Below, one piece after another: positions 54,737 to 64,000 of a DNA stretch of 64,000 nucleotides. Each line of letters opens with the position of its first letter. Within the stretch, counting starts at the first letter, position 1. The position numbers and the translations under genes were made by a program. The notes beneath the pieces are model-generated. The model made no database searches. It saw only the letters and a list, made by a program, of their open reading frames with translations, and was not told where the DNA came from. The stretch is from Candidatus Sulfomarinibacteraceae bacterium. GTDB taxonomy: Bacteria; Acidobacteriota; Thermoanaerobaculia; Thermoanaerobaculales; Sulfomarinibacteraceae. The stretch lies in assembly GCA_963796455.1 (NCBI GenBank), contig CAWCLO010000010.1, positions 544,001 through 608,000 of the forward strand, given 5' to 3'.

Positions 54737-56833
54737 TCAGCTCGTAGCCGGTGCGACGGCATCCGGGAATATGAGCCGGACGCGCGAACCCCGCGGCTCG
54801 AGGCTGGACAGCTCAAGCGCACCGCCGTGATCCGAAACAATTCGGTGCACCAGCGCCAAACCCATGCCCGAGCCGCGTCCTTTGGTCGAGAAAAAGGGCT
54901 CCACCAGGGTTTCGGTGTCCTCGGTGGGTAACCCGACCCCGGTGTCCAGGACCTCGATCACCGCTTCGCTCCCCGCAACCACCAACCGGAGTACGATCGT
55001 GCCCTCATCCGGTATGGCCCACACCGCGTTGTCGAGCAGGTTGACGAGAGCCTGGCGCAATTGGACAGGGTCCACCAGGGCCGTGATCGCGTCTGGAGGC
55101 AGATCGACCTCGATCACGAGACCGTCGCGAACGCCCTCATAAAGGGAGCTGACTTCGCGTAGAATCCGACCCAGATTGGTTGGTCGCCGATCGATGACCG
55201 GCATCCGGGCGTACTCCTGAAAGGCATCGACGAGCTCCTTGAGACCCGACACCTGGGCCACGATCGCCTCGCACCCCGAGGTGATGATCCCGCGCAGCTC
55301 GCCATCGAGAGAGCCAGCCCGCCGCTGGATTCTTTCCGCTGCGAGGCGGATCGGAGTCAGCGGGTTCTTGATCTCATGGGCGATGCGTTGCGCGACCTCG
55401 CTCCAGGCGGCCTGACGCTGGGCGCGGATCAATTGGGTGAGATCGTCCATCGCCACGACCCGGCCTCCGCCTGGTAGCGGCCGTGATGTCACGTCGATGT
55501 GAAAGCCGTCCTCGCCTTCTTCGAGATCGATTTCGAAGCGTGCGTTGGCGGTTTCTCCGGTGACGAGTTTTGCGTGCAGCTCCTCGAGCCCCTTGCGATC
55601 GAGCTCGCTCAGATCGAGCCACCTGTTCTCCCACTGAGAGTGACCGAGCATTTTTGCGGCAGCCGGATTGGGACGGAACCGGGTTCCCTGAGCGTCAACC
55701 GAGAGCACCCCTGTCGGCACCGTGGCCAGCAAAGTCGAGAGTTCCTGGTGGGAGGTGAGGATCTCGGCTTCGGTTGCGCGAACACGTCGAACCATCGCGT
55801 TGAACGAATCCACCAGGACCGCCACCTCGTCCGTCGCAGGGACATCAACCTCTTCGAGGGCGTCACCCTCGGCCACGCGTTGAGTGGCTGCGGCGACCGC
55901 CAGCAAGGGCTCTGTGAAACGGCGCGACAGAAAAAGACCCACCCACACGGTCGCGAAGAGCAGCAGCAGGGTGATGGCCAACAACACCAGAATGGTGGTC
56001 GCGGTGATGGTGCCGCGGGTCTGGAGCATCTCCTGAAATTCGGCGTCGGCCGCGATCGCGTTTTCAAGATGGAGCAGGAGCTCGTTCGGCAGCATGTCAC
56101 CGACCACCACCATGCCGTCATCGCCGACGGGTTGCCAGGCTCGAACCAGAAGCCCGCCACGCCACCGATCGGCGCGGGTTCCCGTTGACGGCAGCTGCTC
56201 CCATCGAAGCGGCGGCAGCGAGGCCGGGATTCGCCTCGGGTCGGCGACGGCCTCGATAAGGTCTTCTCCTTCGAAAAGGGCGATCAGGTCAACCCCCAGG
56301 AGCTGGCGCAGCTGAGCCAGGTCCTCCTGGCGCCCGGTTCCTTCGAGTTCGGCGGCCGCGACCTCGACCTGACGGCTGAGGCGCGCCTCGATCAATTCCC
56401 GAACCTGAATGGTGACCTCCTTGCCGCCGCGGAGGATGGTTTCCACCGGGGCGGAGAACCAGCGATCGATGGAGCCCTGAAGAAGGTTGGTGGCGATGAG
56501 GAAGATCAGGATGACGGGAACAAAGGTCAGCCCGACGTAAGTAAAAATGAGCTTGGTCCGAAAATGGCTCCCGAGGACTCCGGTTCGGCGCTCGACCGCC
56601 AGACGAAAAACGTTGCGAAGCAGGATGAAGCTGAGAATCACGATGAGCGAGATGTCGAGGTACCAGAGGACGAAGAGGAGCACGCGATTCGTCAGTTCTT
56701 CCGGTGAAGCCTCCTTGGCGCGTTGCAGGAGGTAGACGGCGCCGGCGGAAAGCAGCAGAAGAAAGACAAAGGTCGCGAGGAGGTACCGCGTCTCGCGGTG
56801 ATACCGACCCCAAATCGAAGCCAGCCAGCTCAT
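54737..56833 (-). CDS. NtrY-like sensor histidine kinase (TM, HAMP, PAS-like, HisKA, HATPase)
   Basis: AW..VA.RIAHEIKNPLTPI, NL.DNA, D.G.G, FFSTK..GSGMGL. Confidence 0.9.
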   Translation of the reverse strand: MSWLASIWGRYHRETRYLLATFVFLLLLSAGAVYLLQRAKEASPEELTNRVLLFVLWYLDISLIVILSFILLRNVFRLAVERRTGVLGSHFRTKLIFTYVGLTFVPVILIFLIATNLLQGSIDRWFSAPVETILRGGKEVTIQVRELIEARLSRQVEVAAAELEGTGRQEDLAQLRQLLGVDLIALFEGEDLIEAVADPRRIPASLPPLRWEQLPSTGTRADRWRGGLLVRAWQPVGDDGMVVVGDMLPNELLLHLENAIAADAEFQEMLQTRGTITATTILVLLAITLLLLFATVWVGLFLSRRFTEPLLAVAAATQRVAEGDALEEVDVPATDEVAVLVDSFNAMVRRVRATEAEILTSHQELSTLLATVPTGVLSVDAQGTRFRPNPAAAKMLGHSQWENRWLDLSELDRKGLEELHAKLVTGETANARFEIDLEEGEDGFHIDVTSRPLPGGGRVVAMDDLTQLIRAQRQAAWSEVAQRIAHEIKNPLTPIRLAAERIQRRAGSLDGELRGIITSGCEAIVAQVSGLKELVDAFQEYARMPVIDRRPTNLGRILREVSSLYEGVRDGLVIEVDLPPDAITALVDPVQLRQALVNLLDNAVWAIPDEGTIVLRLVVAGSEAVIEVLDTGVGLPTEDTETLVEPFFSTKGRGSGMGLALVHRIVSDHGGALELSSLEPRGSRVRLIFPDAVAPATS

Positions 56834-56858
56834 CAGGAAACGGTCGGTGGCCGGCGGG

Positions 56859-57383
56859 TCATTGATCGGCCGGCGGGGGTTCGAGGCGGGTTTCCGTCCA
56901 ATCGGTGCCGTTGGAGGACGGGAAGACCAGCCACGTCGTACCTCGCGAGAACACCGCCCGGGCCCGAACGCGGAGGAAAGCGTCTCGCCGCCCCTTTGGC
57001 AGGGGGACCTCCACCGGTGGCGGTGCGAGGAGCCAGCGCCGCGCCTCTCCCGTCGAGAGGAACTCTTTACTGTCGGTTGTCGTGCCGTTCACGATCAGCT
57101 GGCATCGATAGCGGCCGGTCAGGGCGTCGAAGGTGACGATTGACTCGGCGGTGCCGCGCCACACGCGGCGATCCGGGAACAGTCGTCTTCGTGAATAGAC
57201 GCGGAGCGAATAGTCGATCTGGGCACGGGCGCCAGAAGACAGCGTGCTCTCGAGAGAATCCGGCAACACATCGACCAGACTACAGCGAATCACCAGTCGT
57301 TCGGCGCCGCGTTCGACATCGAGAACCATCGGCTCCGCGGCGAAGACCGCCACCGCCAGGATGACCGATACAAGACCCCTCAT
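56859..57383 (-). CDS. Exported protein, DUF4390-like
   Basis: Signal peptide; L..G......Y.L...R and FD.LT..Y pattern; typical position upstream of ntrY-like kinases. Confidence 0.6.
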   Translation of the reverse strand: MRGLVSVILAVAVFAAEPMVLDVERGAERLVIRCSLVDVLPDSLESTLSSGARAQIDYSLRVYSRRRLFPDRRVWRGTAESIVTFDALTGRYRCQLIVNGTTTDSKEFLSTGEARRWLLAPPPVEVPLPKGRRDAFLRVRARAVFSRGTTWLVFPSSNGTDWTETRLEPPPADQ

Positions 57384-57478
57384 CGTTCGGTAATTCTACA
57401 TGGATCCTCGGCAACGAGCGGGCCGAAGCCGTGTCGCAAATGATACAGTGAGTCGATTCGAGTCGTGAAGGAGTGGTG

Positions 57479-59002
57479 ATGAGCGCAACTATTCCGGGGT
57501 GGTCGCCGGAAATCGAGCGTGGCTTCAAGGAAATTCTCTTCCGTTTCTTGGAAGAGGTTCAATGCACGAGAGCCGCGTTATATCTCTACGGACCCGAGGA
57601 GAGATTTTTGTTGGCGACTCAGTACGGCTTTGGTCGCCGCGACGTCCTGGCCATCGAACACGGGCTGAAGGACCCCATGGTCCAGAGGGTGCGGGAGCTC
57701 AACAATGTGCCGGCGGCGTTCAATCGGAAGAACGACCTCGGCCCGCTGACCGACTACCTCAAAAGTGCCGGCAACAACAAGCTGCTGCTGGTCCCTCTCG
57801 TGGCCGGCGAAGAGATCATCGGTTTTGTTGACGCTCGCGACAAGGGCCGCAAAAGGACCTTCGAGCGCACCGATGTCGCGAAGGCCAAAAAGATCGCCAC
57901 CTCGATGGTCGAGTACGCGAAGCGGAGTGGATTCCTCGGTATCGATGAAGGTGAATACGAGGCCGAAGCCAGCCCGGTTCGGGAGCAGGCGGAACGGACC
58001 GCCCGGCCCGGCCCGCCCAGGGCCCCCTTGCTCGATGAGCCCGGCCTCGAAAACGTCCACGATTCCGCCCTCGACTGTGTTCTCGAACATCAGGTGTTGG
58101 CGGTTGCTGTGACGCTCGTGACGCCGGACGGCGCGGCCACCCTGATCAACATGCGCGAGGGCGGCGCCGAGATCGATCGTGATGCGCTCATGCGTCATCA
58201 GACCTCGGCCCTCGTCGAAGCGGGCGTCGTGCCGCCGGTGCGGGAAACCTGGCGAACCGAGGTTCGAAGGGTCCCGGCCCCGGCTGAATCCGTCCCGATG
58301 CCGATGATCGCCTCCGCTGTGATGCTGCAGGATCAGCAAAGCGGATCCGTTGTCGCATCCGTGGTTGCCGGTGGTGGCGCCACCATCAGCCGCGCCACGC
58401 TTGCCCGCCTTCGCTCACGAGTGGTCGACGCCCGGGACAAGGCGGTGCTCCGCTTCTCCCGCCGGAATCTGGCACGGCGCTTGTTGCAACCGGGGTCACG
58501 AGCCTACCCCGATCTCGTGTCGCACTCCGAGGCGGTATCTCGTCTCGCCTTCTCCATTGCCCGACACCTCGACCTCGGGTTCACCGGCGCCGAGGATGCG
58601 GCCCTGGCCGGTCTGCTGCACGACGTCGGTATGCGCGAACTGGATTACGAGCGTCTCTATCGCAACAATGCACCAACGGCGGATGACCGCATCCGCTTCC
58701 AAAAACACCCCGTACTCGGTGAAAAGATCCTGGTGGGGACCGGGCTCGATGAAGTCATGGCGGCGATCCGCCACCACCATGAGCGGTGGGACGGCACCGG
58801 CTATCCCGACCGCCTGGCACGGGAGGAGATCCCGCTCCTGGCGCGGCTGGTGCACGTTGCGGAGGTCTTTGACGTTCTCACGGTGCCCGGTCGCTACCGG
58901 CCGACCGTCAACCCGGAACGAGCCCTGGAAATCATCGATCGCGGCAAGGGCCACCAATTTGATCCTCAGATGGTGGAGGCGCTCGCCCAGGTGGTGAAAT
59001 GA
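57479..59002 (+). CDS. HD-GYP domain protein with N-terminal GAF-like region
   Basis: HS..V, LLHDVG, HP..G, HHHERWDGTGYP, QFDP. Confidence 0.88.
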   Translation: MSATIPGWSPEIERGFKEILFRFLEEVQCTRAALYLYGPEERFLLATQYGFGRRDVLAIEHGLKDPMVQRVRELNNVPAAFNRKNDLGPLTDYLKSAGNNKLLLVPLVAGEEIIGFVDARDKGRKRTFERTDVAKAKKIATSMVEYAKRSGFLGIDEGEYEAEASPVREQAERTARPGPPRAPLLDEPGLENVHDSALDCVLEHQVLAVAVTLVTPDGAATLINMREGGAEIDRDALMRHQTSALVEAGVVPPVRETWRTEVRRVPAPAESVPMPMIASAVMLQDQQSGSVVASVVAGGGATISRATLARLRSRVVDARDKAVLRFSRRNLARRLLQPGSRAYPDLVSHSEAVSRLAFSIARHLDLGFTGAEDAALAGLLHDVGMRELDYERLYRNNAPTADDRIRFQKHPVLGEKILVGTGLDEVMAAIRHHHERWDGTGYPDRLAREEIPLLARLVHVAEVFDVLTVPGRYRPTVNPERALEIIDRGKGHQFDPQMVEALAQVVK

Positions 59003-59466
59003 GTGACGGACGCCGGGTCCTGGCAAAAAACCGGAAAGCCCGCCATACCTACCACATTCTGGAAACAGAGACCGCGGGCATCGAGCTTCTGGGAACGGAA
59101 GTCAAAGCGATCCGCGATGGGCGGATCAACGTCAAGGAAGGCTATGTCTCCTTTGCCGGAGGTCAGGCTTTCCTGGTTGGCTGTCACATCGGCGCCTACG
59201 ACAACGCCGGTTATGCGGGCCACGATCCGGTCCGACGGCGGCGCCTCTTGCTCCACAAACGCCAGATCGAGCGCCTCGAGAGCAAGGTCCGCGAAAAGGG
59301 CCTGACCGTGGTGCCGCTCGAGGTGTTTCTCGACGGCAACTGGATCAAGGTGGAAATAGCACTGGTTCGTGGCAAACAGCTGCACGACAAACGGGAGACC
59401 CTCCGGATGCGCACACTGGATCGCGAGGCCGAACAGGCGATCAAAGAACGCGGCCGGGGTGATTGA
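58999..59466 (+). CDS. smpB: SsrA-binding protein
   Basis: NRKARH.Y, AGI.L.GTEVK, R.LLLHK, GK.LHDKR. Confidence 0.96.
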   Translation: MSDGRRVLAKNRKARHTYHILETETAGIELLGTEVKAIRDGRINVKEGYVSFAGGQAFLVGCHIGAYDNAGYAGHDPVRRRRLLLHKRQIERLESKVREKGLTVVPLEVFLDGNWIKVEIALVRGKQLHDKRETLRMRTLDREAEQAIKERGRGD

Positions 59467-59491
59467 CAGCGGTATAATTCAGGCATAAATT
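59463..59491 (+). promoter_or_regulatory. uvrA promoter with a candidate operator in its spacer
   Basis: TTGACA-N17-TAAATT; contains GGTATAATTCAGGCATAA (59471-59488). Confidence 0.6.
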
Positions 59492-59616
59492 AATCTCTCC
59501 GAAATGCAGGCCCCGGAGGCCGGGTTCGCGGCGCCGGGGCAACGAGGGAACGTCCGGGCGATTTCGAGTGTTCTGCACATCGGGCACAGAGACCGGGACG
59601 GGCGGAATGGGGAGAC

Positions 59617-62424
59617 ATGCAGGACGAGATCATCATTCGCGGTGCACGGGAACACAACCTGGCCAACGTCGACGTGGCCTTCCCACGCAACCGGTTGGTC
59701 GTGATCACCGGAGTTTCCGGCTCCGGAAAGTCGTCGCTCGCATTCGACACCCTCTTTGCCGAAGGTCAGCGTCGTTATGTGGAGTCACTCTCGGCCTATG
59801 CGCGGCAGTTCCTCGATCAGATGGAAAAGCCCGACGTTGACACCATCGAGGGTCTGTCTCCGGCAATTTCGATTGAACAAAAGACCACCTCGCGAAATCC
59901 CCGATCCACCGTTGGTACGGTCACCGAGATCCACGATTATCTGCGCTTGTTGTGGGCTTCGATCGGAGTGCCCGAGTGTCCGGATTGTGCGATTCCGATC
60001 CAGCCGCAAAGTGTCGAGCAGATGGTGGATCAACTGCTCGCCCTGCCCGCCAAGACCCGCTTCATGCTCCTCGCGCCGGTGATCGAAGGCCGCAAGGGGG
60101 AACACCGCAAGGTCTTTGCACAGATGGTGCGCGAGGGTTTCGTCAGGGCCCGAGTGGACGGCGAGATCATCGATATTGCCGAAGCCCCCGACCTCGACAA
60201 AAAGAAAAAACACACCATCGAGGTCGTAGTGGACCGTTTGTCGGTTCGCGACGGTGTCGCCGCCCGCGTCGCCGACTCTCTGGAAACCGCGCTGCGCGTC
60301 GGTGAAGGTCTTGCGGTCGCGGCCCCTACCGATGGTGAGGAGATCGTGCTTTCGGCTCGACACGCCTGTCCAAATTGTGGTTTTGCCTTGAGCGAGATTT
60401 CGCCGCGGCTTTTTTCCTTCAACTCGCCGCAGGGCGCGTGCCCGAGCTGTTCGGGGCTCGGTTTTCTGCGCGAGGTCGATCCTGAAAAGCTGGTTCTCGA
60501 CCCGGAGAGAACCCTTGCCGCAGGGTGTCTCGCGATGGTCGGAAAAAGCCCGGGGTCGTGGTTCCGCCATCAGGTGGAACAACTCGCCGAGGGCGTCGGT
60601 TTCGATCTCCAAACTCCCTGGCGGAGGCTGCCGCCCGAGATACGCCAATTGCTGATGTACGGCAGCGACGGTGAACACGAATTTGTCTGGGAGGGAAGCA
60701 AGGGAGCCTATCGTTATCGTGATCGTTTTGAGGGCGCATTACCGCGGCTTGAACGCCGGTATACCGAGACGACCTCAGAGGATGTGCGCCGCGAGCTCGA
60801 ACGATATATGTCGCTGGCCCCGTGTGGAGACTGTGGTGGGGCACGTCTGAGGCGCGAAGCTCTGGCGGTCAAGATCGGTGGCCGGAGCCTGGTCGACGTC
60901 GCGACGCTGGCCGTCAATCGCGCCCTTGAGTGGTTCGAAAACCTCGCGCTTTCGGATCGCGATGCTGAAATCGCCGACAAGATCCTGCGTGAGGTCTCAG
61001 ACCGCCTCGGGTTTCTGGTTTCGGTGGGTCTGGACTATCTATCGCTCGACCGGATGGCCGGCACCCTGTCCGGCGGGGAAAGCCAGCGAATCCGGCTCGC
61101 AACCCAGGTGGGCTCGAAACTGATGGGGGTGCTTTATGTGCTCGACGAGCCCTCCATCGGTCTCCACCAGCGCGACAACCGGCGATTGCTCGACACCCTC
61201 AAGGGCATGCGGGACCTGGGCAACACGGTGGTCGTGGTCGAACACGACGAAGAGACGATTCGCGAGGCGGATTGGGTCATCGACCTCGGTCCCGGAGCGG
61301 GTCGCCACGGCGGCCGCGTGGTCGCGAACGGCCCGCCGGCCGCGTTGCTCGATGCCGGAGAGAGCCTGACCGGTGACTATCTGGCGGGCAGGCGCTCGAT
61401 TCCGGTGCCTGCGCAGCGAGCAGAGGGCAACGGGGATTCTTTGATTCTCCTTGGGGCGGCCGAACACAACCTCAAGGATGTGGATGTGACCTTGCCACTG
61501 GGGCGGTTGATCTGCGTCACCGGGGTTTCGGGATCGGGCAAATCGACCCTCGTCAACGAGATCTTGCACAAGGCGGTGGCGCGCGAGCTGTATGGAACCC
61601 AGGCGCGTCCGGGCCGACACGCTTCGATCGAAGGGGCCGATCTCCTTGACAAGGTGATCGCCATCGACCAGTCACCGATCGGACGAACCCCCCGCTCCAA
61701 CCCGGCCACCTATACCAAACTCTTTGACCCGATCCGATCGTTGTTCGCGGCGACGACGGATGCCCGCGCCCGCGGCTACAAACCCGGCCGTTTTTCATTC
61801 AACGTTCGTGGCGGCCGTTGCGAGGCCTGCCAGGGTGCGGGCCAGTTGCGGATCGAAATGCACTTCCTGGCGGATGTCTTTGTCACCTGCGATCAGTGCA
61901 ATGGCCGGCGCTATAACCGCGAGACCCTCGAGGTCCATTTCAAAGGTCTCAGCATCGCCGAGGTGCTCGATCTCACGGTCAACCAGGCGCGTGAAGTTTT
62001 TGCGGCCGTGCCAAAGATCGTTCGGGTCCTCGACACGCTGGTTGCGGTCGGCCTCGGTTATCTCCACCTCGGACAGCCGGCCACCACCCTCTCCGGTGGA
62101 GAGGCGCAACGTATCAAGTTGTCCCGCGAACTGGCAAAACGAGCCACCGGAAAGACCCTGTATCTCCTGGATGAGCCCACAACGGGTCTCCACTTCGATG
62201 ATGTGCACAAGCTCCTCGCTGTGCTCCACGCCCTGGTTGACCGCGGCAACACGGTGATTGTGATCGAGCACAACCTCGATGTGATCAAGACCGCCGACTG
62301 GATTGTCGATCTCGGCCCCGAGGGCGGAGAGGGCGGCGGAGAGGTCATCGCTGCAGGCACACCCGATGACATTGCCAAATGCAAGAAGTCGTACACCGGG
62401 CAGTATCTCAAGAAGATGCTTTAG
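59617..62424 (+). CDS. uvrA: Excinuclease ABC subunit A
   Basis: Two GVSGSGKS Walker A motifs, two LSGGE signatures, zinc fingers. Confidence 0.98.
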   Translation: MQDEIIIRGAREHNLANVDVAFPRNRLVVITGVSGSGKSSLAFDTLFAEGQRRYVESLSAYARQFLDQMEKPDVDTIEGLSPAISIEQKTTSRNPRSTVGTVTEIHDYLRLLWASIGVPECPDCAIPIQPQSVEQMVDQLLALPAKTRFMLLAPVIEGRKGEHRKVFAQMVREGFVRARVDGEIIDIAEAPDLDKKKKHTIEVVVDRLSVRDGVAARVADSLETALRVGEGLAVAAPTDGEEIVLSARHACPNCGFALSEISPRLFSFNSPQGACPSCSGLGFLREVDPEKLVLDPERTLAAGCLAMVGKSPGSWFRHQVEQLAEGVGFDLQTPWRRLPPEIRQLLMYGSDGEHEFVWEGSKGAYRYRDRFEGALPRLERRYTETTSEDVRRELERYMSLAPCGDCGGARLRREALAVKIGGRSLVDVATLAVNRALEWFENLALSDRDAEIADKILREVSDRLGFLVSVGLDYLSLDRMAGTLSGGESQRIRLATQVGSKLMGVLYVLDEPSIGLHQRDNRRLLDTLKGMRDLGNTVVVVEHDEETIREADWVIDLGPGAGRHGGRVVANGPPAALLDAGESLTGDYLAGRRSIPVPAQRAEGNGDSLILLGAAEHNLKDVDVTLPLGRLICVTGVSGSGKSTLVNEILHKAVARELYGTQARPGRHASIEGADLLDKVIAIDQSPIGRTPRSNPATYTKLFDPIRSLFAATTDARARGYKPGRFSFNVRGGRCEACQGAGQLRIEMHFLADVFVTCDQCNGRRYNRETLEVHFKGLSIAEVLDLTVNQAREVFAAVPKIVRVLDTLVAVGLGYLHLGQPATTLSGGEAQRIKLSRELAKRATGKTLYLLDEPTTGLHFDDVHKLLAVLHALVDRGNTVIVIEHNLDVIKTADWIVDLGPEGGEGGGEVIAAGTPDDIAKCKKSYTGQYLKKML

Positions 62425-62453
62425 AGGCCTGGGGCTTGGGACCTGGGGCTTGA
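62422..62453. repeat. Degenerate TTGAGGC-type 7-mer array (inverted partner of the GCCTCAA array)
   Basis: TAGAGGC CTGGGGC TTGGGAC CTGGGGC TTGA. Confidence 0.7.
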
Positions 62454-62483
62454 CATCCTCAGCTACGGAACGAACGATTTGGT

Positions 62484-62626
62484 GCCTCAAGCCTCAAGCC
62501 TCAAGCCTCAAGCCTCAAGCCTCAAGCCTCAAGCCTCAAGCCTCAAGCCTCAAGCCTCAAGCCTCAAGCCTCAAGCCTCAAGCCTCAAGCCTCAAGCCTC
62601 AAGCCTCAAGCCTCAAGCCTCAAGCC
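62484..62626. repeat. Perfect tandem repeat (GCCTCAA)x20 plus GCC
   Basis: Direct count: 20 units at 62484-62623; the last unit supplies the TGA stop of the SDR gene. Confidence 0.97.
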
Positions 62627-63378
62627 AATATCGAATAGCCCCCGTCGACGATCAGGGTCTGGCCGTGAATCATCGATGCATACTCCGTGCAGAGATAGAT
62701 GACCACGTTGGCGACATCTTGAGGGTGAACCAGACGTCCCGCCGGTGTCCTGGCACGTGCCGCGTCGAGGAGTTCCTCGCGGTTTGGAAAGTGAAGCAGG
62801 GCGTCGGTGTCGACTGTGCCCGCTGAAACGGCGTTGATCCGCATACCCTCGGGCGCGAATTCGGCCGCGAGGTGACGCACCATCGACTCGAGAGCAGCCT
62901 TTGAAGCACCCACTGCGGTGTAGTTGGGAATTGCGCGAAGCGCCCCCAGAGAGGACACTGCGACCAGGGACTTCTTTCCCTCTGAGGGCAGATCGATGAA
63001 CTGTTGGGTGATTGGCAGGAGAGCCGCGGCATTGATATGCATGGCCCAGTCGAAATGGTGGAGTGTGAGCTCCCGCGCAGGCCGCAAAACCCCCGAAGCG
63101 GCGTTTGAAACCGCGATCTCCAGACCACCCCAGGCATCGTTGATGGAGGTGAAGATTCTTTCGACGTGATCCGGTTTGGCAACGTTACCTTTGAGCACGA
63201 GGGCACGAACACCACGCGCCTCGATTTCGTGCGCGGTCTCCTCGGCTCGGGTGCGGTTTCGGAGATAGTTGATGGCCACATCGACATGAAAATCGGCGAG
63301 CGAGAGGGCGATCGCACGTCCAATGCCGCGGGAAGATCCGGTCACGAGCGCACGTTTACCCCGGAGTTTGAGATCCAT
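62620..63378 (-). CDS. fabL: SDR oxidoreductase, FabL-like enoyl-ACP reductase
   Basis: TGSSRGIG, NAASGVLRP, NY..VG.SKAALE. Confidence 0.75.
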   Translation of the reverse strand: MDLKLRGKRALVTGSSRGIGRAIALSLADFHVDVAINYLRNRTRAEETAHEIEARGVRALVLKGNVAKPDHVERIFTSINDAWGGLEIAVSNAASGVLRPARELTLHHFDWAMHINAAALLPITQQFIDLPSEGKKSLVAVSSLGALRAIPNYTAVGASKAALESMVRHLAAEFAPEGMRINAVSAGTVDTDALLHFPNREELLDAARARTPAGRLVHPQDVANVVIYLCTEYASMIHGQTLIVDGGYSILA

Positions 63379-63514
63379 TTGCACCTCCAGCTCACCACGC
63401 TACCCCGAGAATACCCGGAAAACAAGCGTGGATGTTGCGTTTCTGGGGGTTTTCTCTTGACAGGGGACCACATGACAGCCACACTGTGACTACAGAGAAA
63501 ACCAGGAGGTTCCC

Positions 63515-63808
63515 ATGAACAAGACCGAAATGGCGATGAAACTTGCGAAGAAAACCGGCGTCAGCCAGGGCAAAGCAGCCGAAATCATCGACACGATGTT
63601 TTCCGCCCATCCGGCAAAGGGCCTGATCGCGACCGCGCTCGACGCGGGCGAGAAGGTGACGATTCCGGGCTTTGGCACTTTTGCCACGAAGCACCGGGGT
63701 GCGCGTCAGGGCCGCAATCCGGCGACCGGCGCGACGATCACGATTCCGGCGAAGAAGTATGTGCACTTCAAACCGGGCAAGACCCTTCGCGAGCGCGTCG
63801 AGAAGTAG
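63515..63808 (+). CDS. hup: Histone-like DNA-binding protein HU
   Basis: MNKTE, GFGTF, GRNP.TG, FKPGK.L; upstream TTGACA-N17-CACACT. Confidence 0.93.
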   Translation: MNKTEMAMKLAKKTGVSQGKAAEIIDTMFSAHPAKGLIATALDAGEKVTIPGFGTFATKHRGARQGRNPATGATITIPAKKYVHFKPGKTLRERVEK

Positions 63809-63889
63809 CCGACAACTCGATGATGCACACTTGGTGAACACACCGGTGTGCAATTCATGACGGTTTGAGGCCGTCTGATTCAAGGTAGC

Positions 63890-63921
63890 GAGGCCGGGCA
63901 TTTGCCCGGCCTCATTTTGTT
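63890..63921 (+). terminator. Intrinsic terminator after hup
   Basis: GAGGCCGGGCA-TT-TGCCCGGCCTC followed by ATTTTGTT. Confidence 0.8.
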
Positions 63922-63948
63922 GCCACCGGTTCTTTTCTGAGCCCTGGT

Positions 63949-63999
63949 CTAACGCGCGAAGCGATAGGTTTCGGTGACCGTCGCGTAGGTCTTGATTCG
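63949..63999 (-). CDS. Possible 3' end of a gene entering from the right edge
   Basis: Frame reads RIKTYATVTETYRFAR-stop; too short to identify. Confidence 0.3.
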   Translation of the reverse strand, partial: RIKTYATVTETYRFAR

Positions 64000-64000
64000 A

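Noticed and set aside
59463..59478. TTGACA plus TATAAT as a perfect promoter
   Set aside because: Only 4 nt apart; the TAAATT at 17-nt spacing is the compatible -10
59467..59616. tmRNA next to smpB, or a riboswitch in the uvrA leader
   Set aside because: Too short for tmRNA and lacks tRNA-like ends; only a GC-rich hairpin (GCCCCGG/CCGGGGC), which is expected at this GC content
62484..62626. CRISPR array
   Set aside because: 7-bp units with no spacers and no cas genes; the same applies to the arrays at 11.7-12.6 kb
62303..62826. ORFs encoding PQASSLK repeats
   Set aside because: They are translations of the 7-bp DNA repeat, overlap uvrA and the SDR gene, and have no credible RBS

Overview
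GC-rich bacterial chromosome segment spanning the replication origin. Gene content and protein style suggest Acidobacteriota or a related lineage (inference, not tested). It is mostly core genome: rodA-rng, mqnC, rho, engB-lon-clpX-clpP-tig with tRNA-Leu/Lys, an ECF sigma/anti-sigma pair, an RsbV/RsbW-like pair, cutA, lexA, tRNA-Pro, an NSS transporter, atpF'FHAGDC, bactofilin-parB-parA-rsmG-mnmG-mnmE-jag-yidC-rnpA-rpmH, dnaA-oriC-dnaN-recF-gyrB-gyrA, pdxST, dprA, trmFO, xerC, an NtrY-like kinase, an HD-GYP protein, smpB, uvrA, a FabL-like SDR and HU. The most unusual feature is a ~920-bp cassette (11660-12582). In it a four-helix-bundle (23S-IVP/Avd-like) gene is enclosed by two nested layers of inverted short-period tandem repeats, and its RBS and start lie in a ~140-bp palindrome. 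Two gene-less loci share the same inverted-microsatellite layout: 3635-3740, and 62422-62626, which contains a perfect (GCCTCAA)x20. Other points: a shared GGT-N7-AGGCRTAA motif in the lexA and uvrA promoter spacers (candidate new SOS box), a dprA frameshift at a G7 run, many predicted leaderless genes including dnaA, parS sites inside coding sequence, and Gln at the GyrA Ser83-equivalent position. All calls are from reading the sequence only; no database searches were run.
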